64,000 nucleotides of DNA from a virus (IMGVR_UViG_3300044630_004720); one strand, 5' to 3'. Counted from the first letter of the stretch, positions 39,721 to 48,566 are shown. Notes: generated by a model not told the origin, from the sequence alone. Made by a program: numbers and translations.

Positions 39721-40462
39721 ATAATGCTTCAATATTTCCGTCATATTCTTTTAAATCTATGACGATTGGTTTATTTGATGGTGTGTATTGTTCGGTACAA
39801 ATGGCTGCGTTTACGTATAGAGTGTCTTTTATGTATACACCGCCATATCCACTATGGATGTGTCCGAATACGTGTAGTAAAGGTTTAACCTCTTCGACAC
39901 GAGCTCTCAATAATTCACAACCTACACTCACACTACCTTGCCTCCAATTACTAACAAAATCTCTCGCTTCGTGAGGTGGACTATGAGTTACGAGTACATC
40001 GGTGTCGTCGGGAATCATATCCCAATATCTTTTTAAATCATCACCAAGCCTTGGTAGATTAAATGCCCAATTATAAAACTCGGGTTGCCAAGGACTACCC
40101 CAAAATTTTACAGGTCTTTTAAATTCAGGAGACTCAATTGTAAATCCACTATCTTCAAGATAGACAACATCAGATTGTGATAGATTCTCTTCATTCATTA
40201 AATGATGAAACCAATCGTAATCACCTTTATGATGTGGGTATCTGTGATTTTCAAAAGCCCAATCGTGATTACCCGCAACAAAGATTTTTGTATTGAATTG
40301 TTTTAAGTTCATATACCAATGAACAAATTCTTCAACATCACGTTGCGTTCCCATATTTGTACAATCGCCGGCGTGAATTAGCACATCACCTTCAGGTAAT
40401 GGTCCATATTTCTCCATTTTTGCGTGGAGACTATGTGTGTCGGAAATACAAACAATTCTCAT
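39707..40462 (-). CDS. Calcineurin-like metallophosphoesterase
   Basis: ISDTH; HAGD; AGNHD; VTHSPP; FGHIH. Confidence 0.9.
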   Translation of the reverse strand: MRIVCISDTHSLHAKMEKYGPLPEGDVLIHAGDCTNMGTQRDVEEFVHWYMNLKQFNTKIFVAGNHDWAFENHRYPHHKGDYDWFHHLMNEENLSQSDVVYLEDSGFTIESPEFKRPVKFWGSPWQPEFYNWAFNLPRLGDDLKRYWDMIPDDTDVLVTHSPPHEARDFVSNWRQGSVSVGCELLRARVEEVKPLLHVFGHIHSGYGGVYIKDTLYVNAAICTEQYTPSNKPIVIDLKEYDGNIEALYVEE

Positions 40463-40494
40463 AATTAAAATATACAAAATATTTTCATAAAAGC

Positions 40495-40522
40495 AAAAAA
40501 AAAGTCAGAATTTCTTCTGACT
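40495..40522 (-). terminator. Intrinsic terminator of the large ncRNA
   Basis: AGTCAGAA-GAAA-TTCTGACT followed by a T-run on the minus strand. Confidence 0.8.
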
Positions 40523-40530
40523 GAATTTGG

Positions 40531-41399
40531 GGCCGCACGGTCAATGTTTTTGTGAGGTCTCTTCCACCATTCAGTTTTACTAAACTGAAAAAAATAAAAA
40601 CTCTGAGATTACAAGTTTTAATAGTTGACTTTAGAAAGATTATTGTTTCCTTCCATATCCACGACCTTTTGAGTCGTACCAACCAGTGACGGTCAATTAG
40701 ATTAACCAATCCTTGAGTCATTAGATACTCTCACCATACTCATTACTCTTCGAGGTTGCCACCCCAACTCATCCTTGCGGGACTAGAGAACTTTCTCGTA
40801 ATTCACATCGGGTTTGGGACCCTTTGTGGCCGTGAACCCCTCACGACTATGTAGTCACCTGTCTCCAATGACTGACGGACACTTTTCCTTGTTTCTGTTA
40901 AGTTTGTTAAACCTTAATTAACAAAGTTTTTAGTTACCGATTTGGAAGGTAGCGGTCCGTCAACCAGCTTCTTCACCTTTTGAGCGAAGAAATACTAAAC
41001 TACCCTCTGAGACATCCCTGCCTCCACACTTTTGGACCCCTTCGAGATAAGAACCTTGGTAGATTCAAATCAAGGATTGTAACAGCACCACCTGTACACA
41101 ACCATACCTTTCGGTTTTAAGATTCCCATTGTATTGAATTCCGCAATAATATGATTGGAGGTCATATTTCTCACAACAATTCTACGAGTTATTCTTATTG
41201 GTGTTCCCACCTCAACCAAACGACCGGTATCGCTTGGTCATCAAATCACTTTCCCTACAGTGTTACCCTCAGTACTTAAGATTCAACGATATCCCGCTTG
41301 CCTACTCGAGTTCCCTTTCGGAAACCGCAAACCTAAACAACTAATTTAGATTCACTTTATACCGCTTTCACGGTTTATTTTAATCGACCATAGGCGGCC
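40531..41399 (-). ncRNA. Large (~870 nt) structured ncRNA, GOLLD-like in size and tRNA-adjacent context
   Basis: Termini pair (GGCCGC/GCGGCC and TGGTCGAT/ATTGACCG); several GNRA hairpins; no credible ORF; promoter TACATTTG at 41441-41448; terminator. Confidence 0.75.
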
Positions 41400-41410
41400 A
41401 ATATTTTTAT

Positions 41411-41419
41411 TCAAAGAAC
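41411..41419 (-). promoter_or_regulatory. boxA-like GTTCTTTGA element (also at 43060-43068 and 43181-43189)
   Basis: Three exact copies noticed, all in stable-RNA transcription units. Confidence 0.55.
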
Positions 41420-41473
41420 TTTTCGTTTCCGATTGTTTTACAAATGTACAATCAAAAATTTAAAAAAACAAAA

Positions 41474-41713
41474 TTATTTTGAAAAATTTTTAGATTTTTT
41501 TTTCTTGTCCACTTTTACCTCATAAGAACCCCCCATATCGTGAGCAACTTTAGGTGTTTCTACTTGTTTACCCTTGGATAGTTTCCATTCGGATTTTGGA
41601 ACGAATTTCCAATATCCTGTGTCCACTTTTTGTTGAGCTTCTTTATCCTCAAGTCGTTTAATTTCACCGACTTGTGTGTTTTTTGTTTCTCTAATTGATT
41701 GAATACACTTCAT
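41474..41713 (-). CDS. Small basic hypothetical protein
   Basis: 79-aa ORF. Confidence 0.65.
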   Translation of the reverse strand: MKCIQSIRETKNTQVGEIKRLEDKEAQQKVDTGYWKFVPKSEWKLSKGKQVETPKVAHDMGGSYEVKVDKKKKSKNFSK

Positions 41714-41763
41714 ACTTAAAACGTTATAATAAAGTATAACACATTAAACTGATAAAATCAAAT

Positions 41764-42069
41764 TTATTTTTTAATTTTTCTTTTATTTAAAAACTCGTAA
41801 AACTTATTTTCATAGTTTACGAAATGTGTCATTGCCCACCACTTACCAAAAACACTACCCGCAATGTAAACAATAATAACCACCCAATCACTTGCGAATA
41901 ATCTTTCTAACGAAAAATAAACTGAACCCAAGGCTACTAAATTAATCCATATAGAATTAATAACAAGTTGTTTTACTTTATTTTCATACGTGTATTTTAT
42001 TTCCATTGTTTTAAAAACATTAAACAACACTTGGAATAAAAACACTAAAACATATAACCACATAAACAT
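41764..42069 (-). CDS. Small multi-TM membrane protein
   Basis: Three hydrophobic helices. Confidence 0.7.
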   Translation of the reverse strand: MFMWLYVLVFLFQVLFNVFKTMEIKYTYENKVKQLVINSIWINLVALGSVYFSLERLFASDWVVIIVYIAGSVFGKWWAMTHFVNYENKFYEFLNKRKIKK

Positions 42070-42082
42070 ATTTTTTTACTTG

Positions 42083-42156
42083 TGGACCAGCCTGGATTCG
42101 AACCAGGGACCTACTGATTATGAGTCAGGTGCTCTAACCTACTGAGCTACAAGTCC
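42083..42156 (-). tRNA. tRNA(CAT), probably Ile2 (lysidine type); elongator Met not excluded
   Basis: Cloverleaf GGACTTG.../CTGGTCC-A; anticodon loop CTCATAA. Confidence 0.85.
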
Positions 42157-42179
42157 ATATCGTGCGATTACACGATGTG

Positions 42180-42668
42180 TTATTTCCAAAATACTGAAAC
42201 TAAAAGAATCACTAATGCCAATGTTAATTGAACTAAAGTTTTCATCGTGAACGGTTGTCCAAAATGATATGGATATAACATTGCAGCGACGAAAATTCCT
42301 GTAACAAAAAACAGGAATCGGTTACTCCACATTTCACCATTAAATGCTTTAACTCCATAATGTGAACCAACAATCCATAAAAAAGTAATTGCAGGTGCAA
42401 TCAAATATGGCCAAGGAGTCTTAACCCAATTCGGCATTTTAAATTGCCAATACATAATATACCAATGACCAAATGAACCTAAAAAGAAAAGTCCAAATGA
42501 GTATATTAAATAAATTATTTGTTGTTTTCCCATAAATTTTTTTTGTTGTTGTAGTCTAACTCCTTTGTACTCGATATTTGAATTTGAGTTAAACTCATCT
42601 AAAGATTGTATATATGTTTTACCATCTTCAGTTGGGAATGTTTTTATTAAATGTTCTTCTCTATTCAT
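42180..42668 (-). CDS. Four-TM membrane protein
   Basis: Four hydrophobic segments; lies between tRNA genes. Confidence 0.7.
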   Translation of the reverse strand: MNREEHLIKTFPTEDGKTYIQSLDEFNSNSNIEYKGVRLQQQKKFMGKQQIIYLIYSFGLFFLGSFGHWYIMYWQFKMPNWVKTPWPYLIAPAITFLWIVGSHYGVKAFNGEMWSNRFLFFVTGIFVAAMLYPYHFGQPFTMKTLVQLTLALVILLVSVFWK

Positions 42669-42678
42669 AACATTTCCG

Positions 42679-42752
42679 TGATTCCGATTGGATTCGAACC
42701 AATGACCTACTCTTTAGAAGAGAGTTGCTCTATCCAACTGAGCTACGAAACC
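42679..42752 (-). tRNA. tRNA-Arg(TCT)
   Basis: Anticodon stem ACTCT/AGAGT, loop CTTCTAA. Confidence 0.92.
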
Positions 42753-42790
42753 AAATAACACTACCGTCTTTGAAAGTTTTTATTTAATTG

Positions 42791-43039
42791 TTATGCCTTA
42801 CGGCTAGTTATTAATTTACTTTCAAGTTTATCTAAACGTGAATCTAATGCCCTATAAACATCATTAATTGCATTTTCACGTTCTCTGTTTTGAATTTCAA
42901 TTTCTCTTCCGAGACATTGTTGCACTTCTTCAATTTCTTTGTTATGTTTTTTCACCTTAACAAAGGCCATTACAGCAACTACCGCAACTGCGATAACCAC
43001 CACAACGGACATTCCTAAAATAAATGATAATATATCCAT
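42791..43039 (-). CDS. TM plus coiled-coil protein
   Basis: ATG 43039; N-terminal hydrophobic helix. Confidence 0.7.
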   Translation of the reverse strand: MDILSFILGMSVVVVIAVAVVAVMAFVKVKKHNKEIEEVQQCLGREIEIQNRERENAINDVYRALDSRLDKLESKLITSRKA

Positions 43040-43079
43040 ATTATGTTTCTCCTTTATTTTCAAAGAACGATAGTGTTTG

Positions 43080-43165
43080 TACCTGGGGCGGGAATCGAAC
43101 CCGCACGGACCTTACGGTCCAACAGATTTTAAGTCTGTCTTGTCTACCTATTCCAACACCCAGGC
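43080..43165 (-). tRNA. tRNA-Leu(TAA)
   Basis: ACAGA/TCTGT stem, loop CTTAAAA, long variable arm. Confidence 0.93.
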
Positions 43166-43255
43166 AGTTTATTTAAAACGTCAAAGAACCCTAATTAAAG
43201 TATAAGGAAAATTTTTAATAAAAAAAAACCCGAACAAAAAATTTTCGGGAGTCAG

Positions 43256-43327
43256 TACTCGGTACGGGATTCGAACCCGTGCTACGTCCGTGAAAGGGAC
43301 GCGACCTAACCACTAGTCGAACCGAGC
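43256..43327 (-). tRNA. tRNA-Glu(TTC)
   Basis: CGTCC/GGACG stem, loop CTTTCAC. Confidence 0.93.
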
Positions 43328-43422
43328 AAATAAGAACTAACATTGCTATCAGGGTTTAAATGGTTCACAGATAAATCCGAATCACCACCTACCGATTTTA
43401 CGGTATCTTAGTTAATTCTTTG

Positions 43423-43509
43423 CGGAGGCTCAGGGATTCGAACCCCAGATACCGTTTCCAGTATGACGGTTTTCAAGACCGTTCCATTCAACCACTCTGG
43501 CAAGCCTCC
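43423..43509 (-). tRNA. tRNA-Ser(TGA)
   Basis: ACGGT/ACCGT stem, loop CTTGAAA, long variable arm. Confidence 0.93.
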
Positions 43510-43513
43510 AATC

Positions 43514-43675
43514 GTTGTTTCAACTTGCAAGTTTACTCTTAACATCTCTTTCTCTACAACGACTGAACTTAATCACATTTGTAGTCCGAATGTGGCGTTG
43601 GGTAATTACTCCGTGCCTCTATGTAACTCTATGTACCTTGCTTTGTTACTAAGCGTGTTAAGTGTATGAAACAAC
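43514..43675 (-). ncRNA. Candidate 162-nt structured RNA between tRNA-Asp and tRNA-Ser
   Basis: 9-bp terminal stem GTTGTTTCA/TGAAACAAC continued by a 10/11-bp stem; internal hairpins. Confidence 0.6.
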
Positions 43676-43678
43676 TTG

Positions 43679-43750
43679 CGGTCCCACCGGGAATCGAACC
43701 CGGCACTTTGCCGTGACAGGGCAATATTATAGCCGATTAACTATAGGACC
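43679..43750 (-). tRNA. tRNA-Asp(GTC)
   Basis: TTGCC/GGCAA stem, loop CTGTCAC. Confidence 0.93.
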
Positions 43751-43833
43751 GTTTTGATTCTAACTCATCTTAAGTTGCACCACCCAAGTCATAGCTCTGG
43801 TTGACAAAGTCCTCGTTGAGTTAGTCTCAATTG

Positions 43834-43905
43834 TTGCGAGAGGGGGAATCGAACCCCCGACCTCAAGGTTATGAGCCTTGCGAGCTACCGCTGCTCTATC
43901 TCACG
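43834..43905 (-). tRNA. Initiator tRNA-fMet(CAT)
   Basis: C1xA72 mismatch, A11-U24, loop CTCATAA; promoter TATCTTTG at 43918-43925. Confidence 0.88.
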
Positions 43906-44087
43906 ATGTTCATTTTACAAAGATAATAAATATATACGAATATACAAAATTATTTTTGTTCATTTTTTTTATCTGTTCACGGTCCGTAAACATTAGATAA
44001 TTGTGAACATTGAAAAATTGGCAGTTTTTGCCAAGTTAAATTATAAAAAATAATATACCAATAGTGACTTCTGTCATATTTATTGGT

Positions 44088-44621
44088 ATGACAAATAGAC
44101 TAAACGTATCGTTCTTACCGATACTGTATGTCCTTTTTATAGGCTTACTGGTAAGGATTTTCCAACCAATTGAGGACCCAAAATCCGTCTACGTAGATAA
44201 AGTAGAGAACAAAGTTGTTATTGGTAAACTTGCTAATAATAGAAATTTAGCATTTGGTGCCAAAAACATATTCCAAGAAATTTTACAGGATAAAGATTAT
44301 GTTATAGTCGAAGATATAACTAAAGCTGATTTGGTTTTTAGTGCTGAAATCTTATTTTTTGACGTTAATAAAACCAAGACTAATATCTCAGTATTTCATT
44401 CAGATAAAGAAGAGACTTTAGTGGTAATGAGAGGTAAGTTAACAACTAAAGAAGGTAAGAAAATCAAAGAGGCAGTTGCTGAAGAATCAAGTTCAGAAAT
44501 TTCAACATCAACATTAATAACCGATGAAGGTAGTGATAAAATAAATCAACAAGCTCTTTCATCTGCGATTAAAAAGACGTGTGAATCTTTAATAAATAAA
44601 GTGTTTTCAATTAAAAAGTAA
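44088..44621 (+). CDS. Membrane-anchored CsgG/LptE-like alpha/beta protein
   Basis: N-terminal hydrophobic anchor; pattern resembles the 51987 ORF; TATTTAT at 44077. Confidence 0.45.
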   Translation: MTNRLNVSFLPILYVLFIGLLVRIFQPIEDPKSVYVDKVENKVVIGKLANNRNLAFGAKNIFQEILQDKDYVIVEDITKADLVFSAEILFFDVNKTKTNISVFHSDKEETLVVMRGKLTTKEGKKIKEAVAEESSSEISTSTLITDEGSDKINQQALSSAIKKTCESLINKVFSIKK

Positions 44622-44623
44622 AA

Positions 44624-46273
44624 ATGAAAAAACTATTAATTATCGGTGTGTTTTTATTATCCACCATTTCAACATTTGCTCAACTAACAGTCAATCAAAC
44701 TATAACCCCAACAACGGGATTAAAGGTTGGTGACACATTAACGGTTAAGTACACCGTAACTAGAGGGACAACGACACCAAGATATTTTTGGTTAAGATAT
44801 TCTTTTAACAATAAAGCGTTATCTATGGTACCGAACAGTACTGTGTTCTCACAAGGTAGTTCAACTCAAACGTTTTTCACCGGTTGGGATAACTATAAGT
44901 TTACACCGGCACCGAATGTTGCTGATACACAATTATATACACAATACACCACAACTCCTTGGGGATATGCTGCAAATAACGATTGGAATGTTGGTCAAAT
45001 CACAGTTCAGAGAACTGATGCTGCAATCAACGGGGATATTGCAACTCAAAAATTTGTATTGAAGGACCAAAACACATATAATGATATTCATAAATTAGAT
45101 TTATCATATGCAATTAATGACGCATCTGCTAATATATCGCCAATTACAAGAAGCTCAACAAATATTTCATTAAGTGGTGTTGTTGGTAATACTTCACAAT
45201 TTAAAGTGAAAGTTTTATTCCCACAAGGATATACAATTACTGACCATAATGTTCAATTAATGAAATTAAAAACAGATGGTAGTGGTACTATTGATTGGTC
45301 ACAACAACCAATTGCTCAATTACCTTTAGATGCAACGGGTGAGGCATTATTTACAACACAAGTTAAAGTTGGTGATAGTTTAGGTGTGTTTGTTAGTCCT
45401 GCATCACAAAAGGCTTGGATGAATAACGTTATTACAGTTTCAGACGCATACAAAGCGTTTTTAGGACATTCACAAACAGATATATCAGGAACTGCGAACT
45501 TCTTTACTTATCCAAATTTAGAGAAGAAGATTGGTAACATCACTAAAAATGATAGTGTATTTAATGAATCAGATTCATATTACTCATTTGCTTATGTTAT
45601 GGGTCAAGACGTTTCAACAAATGCGTTCATTCCAACACAAGCGGCAACTTCTTGGAGATGGCATAGTGGTTTATTAAATCAAGATTGGTTAAATGGTAAT
45701 ATTAAAAATAAAGTTACAATTGATACTCCTGTTAAAGAAGTGTATGCAGTGTACGCGTGGGGTGGTGACTTAAACTGGTCACATTCATCAGACCCAGCAG
45801 TAATTGCTAGTAGAATAAGTGCCGGACAATACACAAACTCAGTAAATTCAATTAATACTAAGACATCGATGTCAACACAATCAATGTCATATAAAGCTGA
45901 AGCGGTAGAAACTGCTAAGTTGAGTGTAACATCAACATTGGAAAACGGTAAAGTTGTATTAACAACAAATTTAACAAAAGAAGGATTGGCAGGATTGGAA
46001 GTTATTATGAACTATGACGAATCAAAATTAACATTGGATAATGTGATATTTGACGCGGGTTCAACAATAACAAACTTTTCAACACATAAAGACGGTAGAT
46101 TAACTTTCGGTTCTATTGACCAATTGAAAACTGCAAGAATTAAGACAGGAACTCCGTATAAGTTGATATTCACACCAAAAACAACTTTAACAAATACCGC
46201 CGGTTTATTCTACTTTGTTTTATCTGATGCTGTTGATGCGAAAGGAAATAAAGTTGATTTAATCGTCGAGTAA
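44624..46273 (+). CDS. Secreted beta-rich protein with dockerin-like segment and C-terminal cohesin-like domain
   Basis: Signal peptide; ITVSDAYKAF...NDSVFNESDSY; LAGLEVIMNYDESKLTLDNV. Confidence 0.6.
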   Translation: MKKLLIIGVFLLSTISTFAQLTVNQTITPTTGLKVGDTLTVKYTVTRGTTTPRYFWLRYSFNNKALSMVPNSTVFSQGSSTQTFFTGWDNYKFTPAPNVADTQLYTQYTTTPWGYAANNDWNVGQITVQRTDAAINGDIATQKFVLKDQNTYNDIHKLDLSYAINDASANISPITRSSTNISLSGVVGNTSQFKVKVLFPQGYTITDHNVQLMKLKTDGSGTIDWSQQPIAQLPLDATGEALFTTQVKVGDSLGVFVSPASQKAWMNNVITVSDAYKAFLGHSQTDISGTANFFTYPNLEKKIGNITKNDSVFNESDSYYSFAYVMGQDVSTNAFIPTQAATSWRWHSGLLNQDWLNGNIKNKVTIDTPVKEVYAVYAWGGDLNWSHSSDPAVIASRISAGQYTNSVNSINTKTSMSTQSMSYKAEAVETAKLSVTSTLENGKVVLTTNLTKEGLAGLEVIMNYDESKLTLDNVIFDAGSTITNFSTHKDGRLTFGSIDQLKTARIKTGTPYKLIFTPKTTLTNTAGLFYFVLSDAVDAKGNKVDLIVE

Positions 46274-46274
46274 T

Positions 46275-48566
46275 ATGAAGAAACTATTAGTAATATGTTT
46301 TTTACTAATTTCATTTTTAGGGTTCGGACAGAGTGTATCTGCTCCGGACTCTAAATCATTTTTACCATCTACTAATGGACAAGATGCTAGTGGATTTGTC
46401 TTAAACGGATTTAGTTCCACTGCAACATTATTAGCATCAATCAGTTTAGTTAATCCACCATCAGGAACGACATTTGTATTAAACACAACAACAGGTTTAA
46501 CCGCTGCAAGTGGATTCACTTTAGCGGGTAATAAGACTCGTTTAGTGGTAACAGGTACAATGGCTAATATCAATACCGCATTATCATCTCTTAAAGTAAA
46601 CACAGGTTCAGTAAGAGGTAATGTTGTATTATCAGTGGCAGCAACCGTAAATCCAACCGGATATTTCTATAACGGAACAAATGGACACTTTTATAGACCT
46701 ATAACAACCGGAACAACTTATACAAATGCTAGAACACTTGCATCACAACAAACATTCAAAGGACAGCAAGGATATTTGGTAACAATAACTTCAGCAGATG
46801 AAGATGCTTTCATTTTTAATAATGTTCCACAAAATCAAATATGGTTTGCATTAACCGATGAAGTGGTGGAAGGACAATGGAGAATTGACGCTGGGCCTGA
46901 ATCTGGTACTTTAATCAAAACATCAAATGGACAAACTGCAGGAAATATACAAGGACAATATAATAACTGGGCGGGTGGTGAACCAAATAATAGTGGTAAC
47001 GAAGATTATGCGGTAACAAAATGGAATGGTTCTCAATGGAATGATTTACCAAATGGGTTTAATAATCCGTATGTGATTGAATTTGGAACTTGGACTAATC
47101 CTGATGATGCAACATTTACAGAGTTTTATACTAATTCAGTAACACATTCAAACGGAGAAGTCTTAACCGCAAGATTTAATTTTGATTTTGGTGGTAATGT
47201 TGATGAAACAAAATTTACCGCAAAATCAAATACGTTTGTAAACAATGTGTGGGGAACAACAACTAACACATCAAGAACAATAAGTGGATTAGGTAAAGTT
47301 GATTTAACAAATGATTTGGATACCACAAAAATAAATGGTGGTGGTGTTAGAGCAACAACATCAGGTGGACAAGTAGAATGGTGTGTAGTATATGATTACG
47401 AACCACAAAATCAAAGATACCAAATTTTAATTGATAAAAGAGAATTCCCACAAGGTACTTCAGCAAGTAGTGTTACTACTTTACAATTATTTGATTTATG
47501 GAATGGACCTGTAACTTATCAATGGGATGATGGAACTTGGGCAGCATATTGGATTTATACACCAACAGAATTTAATTTCTCTGGTTCATCATTTACATCT
47601 AATATAAGACGAGCGGGATTTTTTTGGGGGTTAAGTGCGGAATTTACATTCACACCAAATATGGTATTTAAACAACACGGGATTGATTTATCATATACCA
47701 ACCAAACCGAATTAAACACTTTATATAATAGTGTTGTAACCGTATCAGACGTTTTTATTGCCTTTAAAGAATTGTCAAATGGTGGAATATTTGGGAATGA
47801 AAGTGGAAACGAATTCACATCAGGTATTCAATTTATGAATGCAGATGTTGATGGTAATGGTATTTTTAATGAATCGGACACTTACAAATTATTACAACAT
47901 TTAACAGGGGTTGTACCACTAACACAATATTCTACTTTAACTTATTTGATGAAATTATATAGTAAAACCGAATATGATGCAATAACCAAATCAAATTGGA
48001 GCTCACAATTTAATTCAACAAGAAGTTTATATCCATTTAATTTGAATAGTGGTACGTTGAATAATACCTACAATGTTAATGTAACTTGGGTGGGTGATGT
48101 GAACTTGTCTCATTCGGCACTACAAACCACAAGTGGTGTTGTAAGTAATTCAATTAGAACTATGAGTTCATCAACTATGAGTTCATCAGTTCCTAATCAA
48201 ATCAATGCAACTCTTATGGGTGAAAACATCGGTGGTAAAGTTGTAATAACAATTTCGGTAGACCCTCTACAACAAGAATTAGTAGGAACTCAATTCCAAG
48301 TAAATTATGATAATACCTCATTAGAATTTCAAAAGGTAGATTTTACAACAAAGGGTAATCCTACAAATTTTGGAACAGACAGAGGTACGTATGTCACATT
48401 AGGTTCGTTAATTACAGATGGTTCAAATACATTGGATAAAATGACGGAGTATAAGATAACATTTATACCAAAAGTCGGCATTCAAGGAATATTGGGGTTA
48501 ACATCAATATCCGCCACGGATGCGGTTAATAAGAATGGAACATCTTTAAAAATAAAAATAAATTAA
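46275..48566 (+). CDS. Secreted adhesin: C-type lectin domain, dockerin-like and cohesin-like modules
   Basis: Signal peptide; YLVTITS...W..LTD...EGQW...NWAGGEPNN...WNDLP; NADVDGNGIFNESD; LVGTQFQVNYD. Confidence 0.75.
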   Translation: MKKLLVICFLLISFLGFGQSVSAPDSKSFLPSTNGQDASGFVLNGFSSTATLLASISLVNPPSGTTFVLNTTTGLTAASGFTLAGNKTRLVVTGTMANINTALSSLKVNTGSVRGNVVLSVAATVNPTGYFYNGTNGHFYRPITTGTTYTNARTLASQQTFKGQQGYLVTITSADEDAFIFNNVPQNQIWFALTDEVVEGQWRIDAGPESGTLIKTSNGQTAGNIQGQYNNWAGGEPNNSGNEDYAVTKWNGSQWNDLPNGFNNPYVIEFGTWTNPDDATFTEFYTNSVTHSNGEVLTARFNFDFGGNVDETKFTAKSNTFVNNVWGTTTNTSRTISGLGKVDLTNDLDTTKINGGGVRATTSGGQVEWCVVYDYEPQNQRYQILIDKREFPQGTSASSVTTLQLFDLWNGPVTYQWDDGTWAAYWIYTPTEFNFSGSSFTSNIRRAGFFWGLSAEFTFTPNMVFKQHGIDLSYTNQTELNTLYNSVVTVSDVFIAFKELSNGGIFGNESGNEFTSGIQFMNADVDGNGIFNESDTYKLLQHLTGVVPLTQYSTLTYLMKLYSKTEYDAITKSNWSSQFNSTRSLYPFNLNSGTLNNTYNVNVTWVGDVNLSHSALQTTSGVVSNSIRTMSSSTMSSSVPNQINATLMGENIGGKVVITISVDPLQQELVGTQFQVNYDNTSLEFQKVDFTTKGNPTNFGTDRGTYVTLGSLITDGSNTLDKMTEYKITFIPKVGIQGILGLTSISATDAVNKNGTSLKIKIN

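Noticed and set aside
40485-41349. ORF-track entries 40485-40721 and 41155-41349
   Set aside because: They lie within the structured RNA, have no recognisable motifs or start context, and are treated as chance ORFs.
42679-42752. Possible amber-suppressor tRNA (CTA) and alternative genetic code
   Set aside because: The correct stem register (ACTCT/AGAGT) gives anticodon TCT (Arg). Long genes are intact under code 11, and TAG ends plausible genes.
43463-43669. 68-aa plus-strand ORF
   Set aside because: It is antisense to tRNA-Ser and the structured spacer.
43770-43815. SAM-riboswitch-like words (GTCAACC...GGTGC) in the fMet-Asp spacer
   Set aside because: It lacks the P1/P2 kink-turn architecture and a downstream ORF; the similarity is too short.
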